From positions 64,001-128,000 of the forward strand of contig CAXXXF010000014.1 of NCBI GenBank assembly GCA_963667175.2: a stretch of DNA of 64,000 nucleotides, written 5' to 3'. Within the stretch, counting starts at the first letter, position 1. The number at the start of each line of letters is the position of its first letter. The DNA comes from Candidatus Latescibacterota bacterium. Its GTDB lineage: Bacteria > Latescibacterota > UBA2968 > GCA-2709665. The notes under the pieces were generated by a model. That model had not been told where the DNA came from and did not search any database. It saw only the letters and a program-made list of their open reading frames with translations. Positions 31,290 through 41,616 of this stretch are shown piece by piece. The position numbers were made by a program, and so were the translations under genes.

Positions 31290-32066
31290 TTACGACTCTT
31301 GCCTTGATCGGTCCTGCGTCCGCGTGACGAGACTCGCGAAGAAGCCCGCGCCGAATCCATTGTCGATATTCACCACCGCCACGCCCGGCGCGCAGGAATT
31401 CAACGTCCCAAGCAGCGCGGCCAATCCACCGAAACTGGCGCCGTAGCCAACGCTGGTCGGCACCGCAATCACCGGCACATCCACGAGCCCGCCCACCACG
31501 GAAGGCAGCGCGCCCTCCATCCCCGCCGCCACCACGATCGCGGTGGCCCGGTCAATCTGCTCGCGGTGAGCGAAAAGCCGGTGAATCCCCGCCACGCCAA
31601 CGTCGTACATCCTGTTCACGCGGCTGCCCATCGCCTCCGCCGTCACGAATGCCTCCTCGGCGACCGGAATATCCGACGTTCCAGCCGAAATGACCAGCAC
31701 CTCCCCCGCCGCCTCCGCGTGGCCGGCGTCGTCCCCGCGAATCGTCAGCGTTCGGGCCAACGGGTTGTAGTCCGCTTCCGGCAAGGCCGAACGCACGGCA
31801 TCCGCCTGTTCCCGGTCGGCCCGGGTCGCCAGAAGCGCGGACCCCGCCTCCGAGATCCGGCGCGCGATTTCAACCACGTGCTCCGTGGTCTTGCCCTGGC
31901 AGAAGATCACCTCCGGAAATCCCTGGCGCATTGCCCGGTGATGGTCCACGTGTGCGAACCCCAGATCTTCAAACGGCAGCTTCTTCAGCCGATCCATCGC
32001 GCCGTCGACGTCCAGTTGGTTTTCGCGCACCGCTTCGAGTACCTGCCGGACCTGTTCAGGAGTCAC
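31290..32066 (-). CDS. larB: Nickel-pincer cofactor biosynthesis protein LarB
   Basis: AGTSDIPVAEEA, DVGVAGIHRL, AGMEGALPSV, NIDNGFGAG. Confidence 0.93.
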   Translation of the reverse strand: MTPEQVRQVLEAVRENQLDVDGAMDRLKKLPFEDLGFAHVDHHRAMRQGFPEVIFCQGKTTEHVVEIARRISEAGSALLATRADREQADAVRSALPEADYNPLARTLTIRGDDAGHAEAAGEVLVISAGTSDIPVAEEAFVTAEAMGSRVNRMYDVGVAGIHRLFAHREQIDRATAIVVAAGMEGALPSVVGGLVDVPVIAVPTSVGYGASFGGLAALLGTLNSCAPGVAVVNIDNGFGAGFFASLVTRTQDRSRQES

Positions 32067-33039
32067 CCGATCCCTCCTCCGCCCTCCGGCGTACGGCCTC
32101 CAGAATGGTTACGACGCCTTCCGGATCATCCTTCGTCATCAACTGGCGCCGGAACGCGGCAGCCCCGTCGATGCCCTTGATGTATGCGGCAAAATGCCTT
32201 CTCATCTCACGGACCCCGGTGGGCAGCCCCTTGTGTTCCACCGAGAGGCGCAGGTGCCGGATGGCCATTTCTACCCGTTCGCGGGCGGACGGCGCCCCCA
32301 TCAGCGTGCCGGTGGCCAGAAAGTGCTCGATGCGCCCGAACAGCCACGGGTCGCCGATCGCCCACCGCCCCACCATCACCATGTCGCACCCCGTATGTTC
32401 CATCATCTCCCTGGCGGCCAGGGGATCCCTGACGTCGCCATTGCCGATGACGGGAATCGAAACGGCGTCGGCAACGTCGCGGATCACGTCCCAGTCCGCC
32501 GTTCCCGTAAATCCGGCCTTCCGCGTCCGGCCGTGTACGGCGACCGCCGCCGCGCCCATATCTTCGGCCAGACGGGCAACCTCCGAAGCCTTCGTGTCGT
32601 CGTCCCACCCGCTGCGGATCTTCAGGGTGACGGGAATCGAAACCGCCTTTGCCATTGCCGAGACGATTCTTCCCAGCCGCGACGGATCCTTCAGCAGGGC
32701 CGCGCCCGCGCGACGGTTCACGATCTTCTTCACAGGACACCCGCAGTTGATGTCCAGAAGGTCGGGCTTCCGTTCGGCCGCCACCCGCGCGCCCTCGGCC
32801 ATTTCGTCGGGCTCCGACCCGAATATCTGCACGGAGATTGGATGCTCGTCCGCCTCGAAATCGAGGTACCGGCTGGACCGCTCGCTGCCGTCGGCCAGTC
32901 CGCGGGCGCTCACCATCTCCGTCACGGCCAGACCGGCGCCCTGTTCCCGGCACAGCAGCCGGAAGGACCGATCCGTCACGCCGGCCAACGGCGCCAGTAC
33001 GGTCGAGCCGGGAATTGCCGTCTTTCCAACGTGGACCAT
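32056..33039 (-). CDS. dusB: tRNA-dihydrouridine synthase DusB
   Basis: LAPLAG, DINCGCP, VHGRT, IGNGD. Confidence 0.92.
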   Translation of the reverse strand: MVHVGKTAIPGSTVLAPLAGVTDRSFRLLCREQGAGLAVTEMVSARGLADGSERSSRYLDFEADEHPISVQIFGSEPDEMAEGARVAAERKPDLLDINCGCPVKKIVNRRAGAALLKDPSRLGRIVSAMAKAVSIPVTLKIRSGWDDDTKASEVARLAEDMGAAAVAVHGRTRKAGFTGTADWDVIRDVADAVSIPVIGNGDVRDPLAAREMMEHTGCDMVMVGRWAIGDPWLFGRIEHFLATGTLMGAPSARERVEMAIRHLRLSVEHKGLPTGVREMRRHFAAYIKGIDGAAAFRRQLMTKDDPEGVVTILEAVRRRAEEGSGDS

Positions 33040-33062
33040 TTCGGGACTCCGTGCCCGGGCAG

Positions 33063-33887
33063 CTATGCCGCGGACTCGATCAGTCGCCTTACCTTGTCGG
33101 CGCCGATGCGCGCCACTTCTCTAGGGTCCTCCCGCCAGAGGTCCTCGTTGAACAACTCCAGGGATACCGGACCCGAGAACCCCTGAGACGCCAGCATCGC
33201 CAGCATCCCCTGCAGGTTCAGGATTCCATCGCCCGGATAGACGCGGTCCCCGTCAGCCAGCGCCTCGCGTTCGCGGTCCGTTTTCGGCGCATCGTCAATG
33301 TGGAAAATGTACACCTGCGCCCCCGGAACCTTCAGGATATCCTCGTCCTTCCCGCCGCCGCGATAAATGTGGAATGCATCCATCACGACCGTGGTCCGGG
33401 GATGGTCCGCCATGGTTACGACGTCCATCAGCGTATCCACGTTATTGACGTGGTCCACGAAACCCAGGAATTCGAGCGCGGGCAGGCAACCCACCTCGAG
33501 GCCGAGATCCATAAGGCGGCAGAAGCGGTCCGCCGCCCGGTTCAGGTCCACCCGACCTCGCGCCGGTCCCGCGATGACGCGCGGCGCGCCGATGGCAACA
33601 CCCTGCTCCATCAGCCGCCGGGCCTCGGCGAGGCGTTCCGTTTCGAAAGCCGAATCGGTCGCGTCCATCCATCCCGAAAAATGCACCAAGTCGGGCACCG
33701 CGAGATTGTAGTCATCGAGCAACTTTCTGAGCTCGGACAGCTTTCCGCCGGACCGTTCCCAACCCGTCAGATCCTCGCACCACAGTTCGATCGCGCCGTA
33801 TCCCGCCTCACCCGCCGCCCGGATCTTCTCTTCGATCGAAGCGGGCTGAATCGTGCTGGTATTGAAACACAACTCAAACCTGGCCAT
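33063..33887 (-). CDS. Sugar phosphate isomerase/epimerase (xylose-isomerase-like TIM barrel)
   Basis: ALEFLG, DAFH, HIDD, RVYPGDG, SLELF. Confidence 0.88.
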   Translation of the reverse strand: MARFELCFNTSTIQPASIEEKIRAAGEAGYGAIELWCEDLTGWERSGGKLSELRKLLDDYNLAVPDLVHFSGWMDATDSAFETERLAEARRLMEQGVAIGAPRVIAGPARGRVDLNRAADRFCRLMDLGLEVGCLPALEFLGFVDHVNNVDTLMDVVTMADHPRTTVVMDAFHIYRGGGKDEDILKVPGAQVYIFHIDDAPKTDREREALADGDRVYPGDGILNLQGMLAMLASQGFSGPVSLELFNEDLWREDPREVARIGADKVRRLIESAA

Positions 33888-34548
33888 CGCTTCCTCCCGT
33901 TTCGCACAATGAGTTCAACACGCACTGTCCACACCTGGGCGCCGGCACACACGTGTTCTTGCCCAGCGCGACGATCAACGCATGATATTCGTTGTAGACT
34001 CCCACGTCCTCCGGCAATGCCGCTTCAAACCTGCGCTTGACTTCATGGTATTCGAGCGACCGGTCGATCGCTCCCAGCCTTCCGAAAATCCGCCGCGTAT
34101 ACCCGTCCACCACAAAACTCGGTTTCTCGAGCGCATAGAGCAGGATGCAATCGGCCGTCTCGGGTCCGATCCCCGAAACCGCCAGCAACTCCCCGCGCAG
34201 ACGACCGGCGGGCGCATTCCTCATCCGGGCTACGTCGGCGCCGTACCTGCCGGCGAAGAACGCCAGAAATGCCTTCAGCCTCCTGGTTTTTACGCGAAAC
34301 GTCCCGGCGGACCGGATCAGGGTTTCCAGCTGGCCGTCGGGCATCTCCAGCATGGTCCGGGCGTCGAGCGCCCCGGCCTCCTTCAGCCTTCCTATTGCCC
34401 GTTCCACGTTCGCCCACGCTGTATTCTGCGTGAGTATGGCCCCGACCATCGTATCGAACGGGGTTTCCGACGGCCACCAGCCCTGCGGCCCGAACGCGTC
34501 CATCAACCGGTCGTAAACCGCGCGAATGCTGTTCTGTCCGGAGGCCAT
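33874..34548 (-). CDS. HhH-GPD endonuclease III-domain protein
   Basis: GPQGWWP, GAILTQNT, GIGPETAD, Cys cluster C..PRCGQC..C. Confidence 0.9.
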   Translation of the reverse strand: MASGQNSIRAVYDRLMDAFGPQGWWPSETPFDTMVGAILTQNTAWANVERAIGRLKEAGALDARTMLEMPDGQLETLIRSAGTFRVKTRRLKAFLAFFAGRYGADVARMRNAPAGRLRGELLAVSGIGPETADCILLYALEKPSFVVDGYTRRIFGRLGAIDRSLEYHEVKRRFEAALPEDVGVYNEYHALIVALGKNTCVPAPRCGQCVLNSLCETGGSDGQV

Positions 34549-34550
34549 AA

Positions 34551-34729
34551 CAGTCCGTTGAAAAAGTCGCTTCGTAGGCGAGGCCGAGTCATTGTGGCCG
34601 AAGACAAGGCGCGCGACCGACGCGCATCCCTGGATTCGGGGAGGGAGCGCCTGCCTGCTGCAGGCAGGCAATGCCGTATTTCGGCCACAAGGGCCGGACG
34701 TAGCCTGGATGGACTTTTCCAACGGGCTG
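34551..34729. mobile_element. MITE with IS1182/IS5-like terminal inverted repeats
   Basis: TIRs CAGTCCGTTGAAAAAGTC / GACTTTTCCAACGGGCTG; ATAA duplicated on both sides; first 15 bp identical to the IS end at 47233. Confidence 0.85.
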
Positions 34730-34850
34730 ATAATGGGCGGAAATCTAACGAATCGTCGGTTGGAGAGCAAATCCTATTCAATTCGAAGCGAGGTACCCGC
34801 GCCTGCATACGGCGAATCCCGCAGGCCAACTGCCGGCGGTTTCGAATAAG

Positions 34851-34884
34851 AAAAACGGCGCCCGGACCGTCCCGCCCGAGCGCC
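34851..34884 (-). terminator. Intrinsic terminator after the small ORF
   Basis: GGCGCTCGGGC..GTCCGGGCGCC stem followed by GTTTTT on the minus strand. Confidence 0.6.
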
Positions 34885-34908
34885 ATTCCGCCATTCGGTT
34901 CATCGCCG

Positions 34909-35037
34909 TCAATTCGGATGGACGTAGAGTTTCTTCCAGACCTGAATGACCCTCAACTGGTGCCGTACCCAGGTGTAGCGCTTCAGGATCTCGATCACTT
35001 TCAGGCGTAACGCGAATTCACGCAGATCGGTGGACAC
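34909..35037 (-). CDS. Putative 42-aa small protein
   Basis: MSTDLREFALRLKVIEILKRYTWVRHQLRVIQVWKKLYVHPN; AAGGAGG 5 nt before GTG; own promoter and terminator. Confidence 0.7.
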   Translation of the reverse strand: MSTDLREFALRLKVIEILKRYTWVRHQLRVIQVWKKLYVHPN

Positions 35038-35072
35038 TCCGGCCTCCTTCCCGTTGCGAACCTCATATTCCA

Positions 35073-35101
35073 TATATACGGATGCGGCGTTCGAATGTCA
35101 A
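35073..35101 (-). promoter_or_regulatory. Sigma70-type promoter for the small ORF
   Basis: TTGACA-N17-TATATA. Confidence 0.7.
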
Positions 35102-35205
35102 GCCGGTTCGGCGTCGGGCCTTTGCGCTTTACACGCCAATGGCCGCAACCTATATTGCGCGACGCTACGGTTTCATCGATCAGGACCACACCACGGAGAC
35201 GCGCA

Positions 35206-35967
35206 ATGTCTGAAACCAGCCTGAAGGCCAAGCTGAAATCGGGCGAGGTCGTCCTCGGCCCGTTCGTTAACCTCGCATCCGGCGCGCTCATCGAAATCGC
35301 CGCGTACGCCGGCTTCGACTTCGTCATCCTGGATACCGAACACGGCCCCCTGGACGTCGAGACCACCGAGAACCTGTGCCGCGTGGCGAAGGGCGCGGGC
35401 ATTTCTTCGATCGTCCGCGTGAGGGAGAACGACCCGCCCCAGGTGCTCCGCGCCCTGGACGTCGGCCCGGAGGGCGTCCAGGTCCCCCAGATACGCACCC
35501 GATCCGACGCCGAGTCCCTCGTCCAGGCGGCAAAATACGCGCCGCTCGGGATGCGCGGCGTGTCGCCCTATACTCGCGCGGCCCGGTACTTCTCTGAGGG
35601 AGGCCAGATCTTCGAGCGGCTCAACAGGGAGTCCATGGTCCTCATCCACGTTGAAGGCGTGGAGGGCCTGGAGAATCTCGACGCCATCATCGCCGTTCAC
35701 GGCCTGGACGTCGTGTTCCTCGGACCGTACGACCTGTCCCAGTCTCTCGGCATTCCCGGCCAGGTGCACGATCCCCGGGTGGTGGAGCGGATGCGGGAGG
35801 CAGCCGCGCAGATCAACCAGGCCGGTCTCACCGCGGGCACGTTCGCGGACAGCCCCGACGCGGCAAAACGCTGGATCGACGCCGGCGTGCGCTACATCGC
35901 CCTGTCCGTCGATACGGGCATCTACCTGCACGGCTGCCGCGATATGGTCCATGCCGTGAGAGGATGA
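35206..35967 (+). CDS. HpcH/HpaI-family aldolase
   Basis: GFDFVILDTEHG, GMRG, FLGPYDLSQSLG. Confidence 0.92.
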   Translation: MSETSLKAKLKSGEVVLGPFVNLASGALIEIAAYAGFDFVILDTEHGPLDVETTENLCRVAKGAGISSIVRVRENDPPQVLRALDVGPEGVQVPQIRTRSDAESLVQAAKYAPLGMRGVSPYTRAARYFSEGGQIFERLNRESMVLIHVEGVEGLENLDAIIAVHGLDVVFLGPYDLSQSLGIPGQVHDPRVVERMREAAAQINQAGLTAGTFADSPDAAKRWIDAGVRYIALSVDTGIYLHGCRDMVHAVRG

Positions 35968-36075
35968 GAAACAGGCGGAAAAAGGCAGACGGCGCCGGCT
36001 CGCAGAAACCGAACCGATGATCCGATCAAGGCAAAAGGGGCGAATTCAGCGGCGTCCGAAAAAAGGGGCATTGAC

Positions 36076-39000
36076 ATGCAAGGGAACCTGCGGTTGATGA
36101 GAATCGCGCGGACTATGCTCTTCCATTCCGTCATCCCGACGGTCGTCCTGATGACCGGTTGCGCGCGCGACCCGGACAAGGGTCAACGGCAAACCGTCTC
36201 GCGAGAACTCGCTCAGATTGTCAGTCAGGTAACGCGGGGAACCGTGGCGTCCCGCGAAGCGATTCACGTCAGGTTCGTCGAACCGGCCATCGATACCGGT
36301 CTCGTTGGCCACGCCTTGAAAAAGCGGGTGTTCACGTTTACGCCGCACGTCGACGGCATGACCCTGTGGGAGACCACCCGGGAACTCGTCTTTCGTCCGA
36401 ATCGGCCGCTGCCCCTGCGACAGTCCTACCAGGCACAACTGAACCTAGCGGCTCTCCAGGCCGCATTCTCCCACCTGCAACCCCTGCACTTCAGTTTCGA
36501 AGTCGCCGGTCGCGAAATCCTTTCCCTCGACGGTGATTTCGAACTGAGGGTCGCCGATGATCCACGCTATCTGATCTACAGGGGTCGCCTCGAGCTTACT
36601 GAAAAAACAGACGTGGAGAGGGTACGCGAGGCCACAACGTTACGTTTGGGAGAGACCCGATTTCCGCTGACCTGGCAGGCGGACGCCACCGGCAGGGGCT
36701 TCGCCTTCAGCAGTTCCGTCGTCGAAAGGGACAAGAACCGGAAGAAGTACACGCTGACCGTGGACGACGGGAAACTGGATCTTTCCCAACCGTACAAGAA
36801 GGAGATTCCCCTTGAGCCGCTTCAGGATATGGCCCTGGTGGACGTAAAAAGAGACGAAGGAGGCGAAAAACCGAGTCTGACTCTGGTTTTCTCTGACGAA
36901 CTGGACGTTCGCCAGACGCTCGAGGGATTGATTCAGATACATCCGAATACGCGGATTCGCCTGAAGGCGTCGGGCAAACACCTCTACGTGGATGGGGATT
37001 TTTCCCATGGGGAGTCCTACCGGCTGGACCTCCATCCGGGCATTCGCAGCAGCTGGGGCACGCGCACCGAGAAAATCGTGCGCAGGACGGTTCAATTCGG
37101 CGACCGCAAGCCGCAGATACGCTTTGCCCGCGACGGGGTCTTCCTGCCGTCGTCCGGAGACAAACGGATTCGCTTTGCCACCCTCAATCTGCAACGGGTC
37201 GGCATTGAGGTGACAGAGGTCTTCGCGTCCAATCTGGGACAGTTCTTGCAGACCGAGCAACTGGAAAGCGGCGGGGAGCGACGCAATTCCTTCTCGCACC
37301 ACAACGTGCGGCGCGTGGGTGTGCAGGTTGCCGGCGAGACGCTGGAGATATCCAGCCGCCGAAACGTCTGGATTGAGCATGAACTCGACCTGCGGTCGTT
37401 GATCACCGGCGATGAGCGGGGTCTTTTCCTCATCAAACTGGGTTTTGAGCGAGAGGACATGCTCTACCGCCCCTCCCCCAACGGAGACAGCGGGCGCGAT
37501 TCCTATTATTCAAATCCGAAATACTCCGGCTATATCCGCGCCCACGGCCGGGCCTATAAGGCCTTGATCATCAGTGACGTCGGTCTGACCTACAAACGCG
37601 GTCACGACCAGCACCTCGTGTACGCCACCCACATTGAGGATGCGCGGCCTCTGTCCGGCGTCAGGGTGAACTTGCGCACGTACCAGAACCAGATCGCGGC
37701 CAGCCGCACGACCGACGCTCAGGGGCTGGCGCGTTTTAAAGAGGTAAAACAGCAAATCTATTACGTCGAAGCCGAACACCGGGGACAGCGCAGCGTGGTC
37801 AGGCCCAACAAGATGGCCTGGAATATGTCGAGCTTCGATATTGGCGGCGTGAAAGCGCGTCCCGGCGGCACGCGGGCTTTCATCTACACCGAACGCGGCG
37901 TGTACCGCCCCGGAGACGAGATCAATCTCTCGGTCATCGCCCGTCATCAGGACTACACCTTCCCCGACGACCATCCCGCCACGTGCAGCATATTCAATCC
38001 CAGAGATCAGCTGATCTTCGAACACGTGCAACTGGAAAGCCGTGAGGGAATGTACACGTTTGCCTTCGCCACGCGCCCTGAAGATCCCACCGGAAACTGG
38101 CGCGCCCGAATCCGTATCGGCGACAGCACCTTCGACCACGTGCTCAAAGTCGAGACGGTCGTGCCGTATCGCCTGAAAACGAGGATCACGCCTGCCCGTG
38201 AGCGCCTGGGACCGGAGGACGAGTTCCTGACCGCGGATTTGCGCAGCGCGTACCTGTTTGGCACTCCTGCCGCTGATCTGGAAACCGAGCTGACCGTCTC
38301 CATCCAGAGCGCGCCCAGGTCGTTCCCGCAATACCCGGCGTTCAGTTTCAACAATGCGCTGATTGACTACAAGCCCTTGCAGGCCGTGATCTTCAAGGGC
38401 CGTCTGGACGCCGAGGGCCGCGCGCGCGTCGAATGGCCCCTCCCCGCTCTGGTCAATGCGCCCTCGGCCCTCCAGGCCGTGATCACGGCCAGAGTGCTGG
38501 AGAAAGGAGGCCGCCCCAACGTCCGGCGGCGCCTCCTTCCCGTTGACCCGTACGATCACTACGTGGGTCTGAAACAACCCGAGTTCGACTACGGCTATAC
38601 CCGGGTCGGCGCGCCGGTGCGCATCCCCGCGATCGTGACCGACGTGACGGGCAACCCCGTGGACGGACGCAGTTTGAATTACCGTGTTTACCGGGGAACA
38701 ACCTACTGGTGGTGGGAATACGAAAATCGCGAAGCCTTCCGCCGGCGCTTCAAGAGCGACCGCCGCACCGAGCTCGTCTCGGAGGAGCGGGTCGTCTCTG
38801 CGCCGAAACCCATTGATCTGATGTTTAATCCTGCGGATCGGGGAGAATACCTCATCGAAGTCACGGACGGCGACGAAGGCCATACCGCGTCCTGTTTCGT
38901 GCGAGCCTTTCCCTGGGGGCACGCGCAGACGGGCGAGGGAAGCGAGGGGACGCTGGTATTGAAATCCGACCGGAAGCGCTACCGCGTCGGAGAAAAGGCC

Positions 39001-41592
39001 GGTATCCGCTTTCCCGCGCCGAAGACCGGCTCGGTCCTTTTCTCCATCGAACAGGGCGACCGGGTTCTGGATTCCCGCTGGCTTTTCCTGGACGGCCCCG
39101 GGGAGGAAGCCGATATTTCCTTCGAAGTGACCGCGGGGATGATTCCCACGGCCTACGCGACCGTTTCCCTGATCCAGCCCCACGGACAGTCCGGTAACGA
39201 CCGGCCCATACGACTGTTTGGAACCCTGCCCATCGAGGTCTACGATCCGGCCACGCGCCTCGATTTCGATATCTTCATGCCCGAGCAGTTGCGTCCGGGA
39301 GAGCCCTTCCAGGTAGCGGTCCGGAGCAGCATCGCCGATTCGGTCGAGTTCACCATTGCCGTTGTCGACGAGGGTCTGCTGGCCCTCACCGATTTCCGAA
39401 CGCCGGACCCCTGGGCGTACTTTTTTCAGAAACGAAGTTTGGGCGTGCGCACGTCCGACCTGTTCGCCCACGTCATCGGCGTGGCCAAAGGCGACCCGTT
39501 CAAGACTTTTTCCATCGGCGGCGGTTTTGCCGACGAGCAACCGGCCCCCGACCGGAAACGGCGGCGATTCCCGGCGGTGTCCATCTTCGCCGGTCCGCAA
39601 AGCACCGACGCCTCGGGCCGGGCGCGGGTGGAATTCACCATGCCCAACTACGTGGGCGCCGTGAGGACCATGGTGGTGGGCGCCCGGGACAGGAGCTTCG
39701 GCCACGCGGAGACGACAACCGAGGTCAAGAGCGACCTGATGGTGGTCTCGACCCTGCCCCGGGTGATGGGTCCGGGAGACCGGATTCACGTGCCGGTCAC
39801 CGCGTTTGCCACAGCAGATCGTATCGGTATCGTCGACGTGTCCATCAACGTTCAGGGACCGCTCGCGATCGTGGGCGAACCGGGCAGGCAGATCGAATTT
39901 GCAGGCGTGGGGGAACAGGACGTAATCTTCGAGCTGCTGGCGGACGAGGCGGTGGGACCGGCGACCATCGTGGTTGACGCGGTAGCGGCGGGGGCAAGCG
40001 CATCGCGGCGGACGGACCTCGAGGTGCGACCCTCGGCGGCGGCCCTCTACGAAAGTGTGGAACGCGAGATCGTCCCCGGGGAGACGGTGTCGTTCACCTT
40101 GCCGGACAGGGGCCTGCCCGGCACCAACCGGGCGCGGATCAACGTGCGCCGCCGGCCTGATTTCAACTTCGACAACCAGATGCTGCGCCTGGTCCGCTAC
40201 CCGTATGGCTGCGTAGAGCAGACTGTGTCTGCCGTCTTTCCCCAACTCTACCTCAAGGACCTGCTGGACCTTGAACCTGATAAGCGCGACGTCGTCGCCG
40301 CCGATATTGACGAGCGAATCAACGCAGCCATCCGTCGGCTGCGGCGCTTTCGACTGTCCGATGGTTCCTTCAGCCTGTGGCCGGGCCAACGCCGCACCTC
40401 CGTATGGGGCAGCCTCTACGCCGGCCACTTTCTGATCGAAGCACGCCGATTGGGTTACCACGTCCCCCAGGATATGTACCAGGGATGGCTTCGCGACCAG
40501 CAGTCCCGGAGCGCCACAACCCGTGATCCGCTGAAGGTGCGGGCGTACCGGGCGTATCTGCTGGCGCTGGCCGGCCATCCGTCGCACGGGGCGATGAACC
40601 TGCTCAAAGAGAACGATCTGCACAGGATGAAAGACTCGGATCGGTGGCTGTTGGCCACCGCCTATCTGCACGCGGGGATGGAACCCACAGCCAACGACGT
40701 CGCGCGAAGCACCGGCGTCACTGTGGAGGAATACCGGGAGTTCGCCGACACCTACGGGTCGGACCTGCGTGACAGGGCCCTCATCCTGGATAATCTGGTG
40801 GCCTTCCAACGATGGGGCATGGCCGACTCGCTGGCCAAAGTGGTCGCCAGAAGCATAAAGACGGGCTGGCACGCCACCCAGACGACCAGCGTGTCGCTGC
40901 TGGCCCTGGGCAAGTACGTGCTCGCCCTGCAACACGGGAACCGCGCGGTTGCTCCGCTCACCGGCCGCATCCGTCTTCCCGGCGGCGGGTCGGCGCCCTT
41001 CAACGTGGAGGGACTGGGCTTTCAGCGGGAGATCGCCAGTGGATTTGGCGACGAGGTGGAGGTGCGGCTGGATCCTTCCAATACCGTGGCGCGGGCCTTC
41101 GTCTCCCTCGACTGGGAAGGCGTTCCCCTGCGGGACGAGGGAAGAGACGAGGAGGCCCAACTCATCCTCGACGTGGAATGGCTCGACGAAGACGGGGCGC
41201 GTATTGATCCGGGCACACTGGCACAGGGTACCACTTTCTGGGGCCATATCCGCGTTGAGAACGACGCAGGGGAATTCCGTCTGGAAGAGGTGGCCCTCAC
41301 TCAATTGTTACCCGCGGGCTGGGAGATCGAGAACATCCGGCTGGTCAAGTCGGCCCTGCCCGGATGGATGAACGATTGGCGTCTCAACGCTGAAGAATAC
41401 CTCGACGTCCGCGACGACCGCGTCAACTGGTTCTTCGACCTGCCTCGCGGAGGCAGACCGCTCGACTTCGCCGTCAAGCTCAACGCGGTGACCCAGGGGA
41501 CGTTCACCTTGCCTGCGACGCAGGTCGAAGCCATGTACGACCGCGACTACCGCGCCCGCAAGGCGGGGGGGATGGTCGCGGTGGGACCGTAG
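36076..41592 (+). CDS. Bacterial alpha-2-macroglobulin (lipoprotein)
   Basis: Lipobox LMTGC, TERGVYRPG, AVVDEG, thioester motif YPYGCVEQ, C-terminal VEAMY. Confidence 0.95.
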   Translation: MQGNLRLMRIARTMLFHSVIPTVVLMTGCARDPDKGQRQTVSRELAQIVSQVTRGTVASREAIHVRFVEPAIDTGLVGHALKKRVFTFTPHVDGMTLWETTRELVFRPNRPLPLRQSYQAQLNLAALQAAFSHLQPLHFSFEVAGREILSLDGDFELRVADDPRYLIYRGRLELTEKTDVERVREATTLRLGETRFPLTWQADATGRGFAFSSSVVERDKNRKKYTLTVDDGKLDLSQPYKKEIPLEPLQDMALVDVKRDEGGEKPSLTLVFSDELDVRQTLEGLIQIHPNTRIRLKASGKHLYVDGDFSHGESYRLDLHPGIRSSWGTRTEKIVRRTVQFGDRKPQIRFARDGVFLPSSGDKRIRFATLNLQRVGIEVTEVFASNLGQFLQTEQLESGGERRNSFSHHNVRRVGVQVAGETLEISSRRNVWIEHELDLRSLITGDERGLFLIKLGFEREDMLYRPSPNGDSGRDSYYSNPKYSGYIRAHGRAYKALIISDVGLTYKRGHDQHLVYATHIEDARPLSGVRVNLRTYQNQIAASRTTDAQGLARFKEVKQQIYYVEAEHRGQRSVVRPNKMAWNMSSFDIGGVKARPGGTRAFIYTERGVYRPGDEINLSVIARHQDYTFPDDHPATCSIFNPRDQLIFEHVQLESREGMYTFAFATRPEDPTGNWRARIRIGDSTFDHVLKVETVVPYRLKTRITPARERLGPEDEFLTADLRSAYLFGTPAADLETELTVSIQSAPRSFPQYPAFSFNNALIDYKPLQAVIFKGRLDAEGRARVEWPLPALVNAPSALQAVITARVLEKGGRPNVRRRLLPVDPYDHYVGLKQPEFDYGYTRVGAPVRIPAIVTDVTGNPVDGRSLNYRVYRGTTYWWWEYENREAFRRRFKSDRRTELVSEERVVSAPKPIDLMFNPADRGEYLIEVTDGDEGHTASCFVRAFPWGHAQTGEGSEGTLVLKSDRKRYRVGEKAGIRFPAPKTGSVLFSIEQGDRVLDSRWLFLDGPGEEADISFEVTAGMIPTAYATVSLIQPHGQSGNDRPIRLFGTLPIEVYDPATRLDFDIFMPEQLRPGEPFQVAVRSSIADSVEFTIAVVDEGLLALTDFRTPDPWAYFFQKRSLGVRTSDLFAHVIGVAKGDPFKTFSIGGGFADEQPAPDRKRRRFPAVSIFAGPQSTDASGRARVEFTMPNYVGAVRTMVVGARDRSFGHAETTTEVKSDLMVVSTLPRVMGPGDRIHVPVTAFATADRIGIVDVSINVQGPLAIVGEPGRQIEFAGVGEQDVIFELLADEAVGPATIVVDAVAAGASASRRTDLEVRPSAAALYESVEREIVPGETVSFTLPDRGLPGTNRARINVRRRPDFNFDNQMLRLVRYPYGCVEQTVSAVFPQLYLKDLLDLEPDKRDVVAADIDERINAAIRRLRRFRLSDGSFSLWPGQRRTSVWGSLYAGHFLIEARRLGYHVPQDMYQGWLRDQQSRSATTRDPLKVRAYRAYLLALAGHPSHGAMNLLKENDLHRMKDSDRWLLATAYLHAGMEPTANDVARSTGVTVEEYREFADTYGSDLRDRALILDNLVAFQRWGMADSLAKVVARSIKTGWHATQTTSVSLLALGKYVLALQHGNRAVAPLTGRIRLPGGGSAPFNVEGLGFQREIASGFGDEVEVRLDPSNTVARAFVSLDWEGVPLRDEGRDEEAQLILDVEWLDEDGARIDPGTLAQGTTFWGHIRVENDAGEFRLEEVALTQLLPAGWEIENIRLVKSALPGWMNDWRLNAEEYLDVRDDRVNWFFDLPRGGRPLDFAVKLNAVTQGTFTLPATQVEAMYDRDYRARKAGGMVAVGP

Positions 41593-41616
41593 CATCTGCC
41601 GTCGCGCAGGATCGTC

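Noticed and set aside
31290-32066. Complete lactate-racemase (lar) operon
   Set aside because: Only larB is present; dispersed lar genes are common
34549-34770. N-terminal extension of the endonuclease III-like ORF
   Set aside because: It reads through the MITE; the family-like sequence begins at ATG 34548
37510-41304. 1264-aa antisense ORF
   Set aside because: Shadow of the A2M gene caused by high GC and codon bias; no motifs
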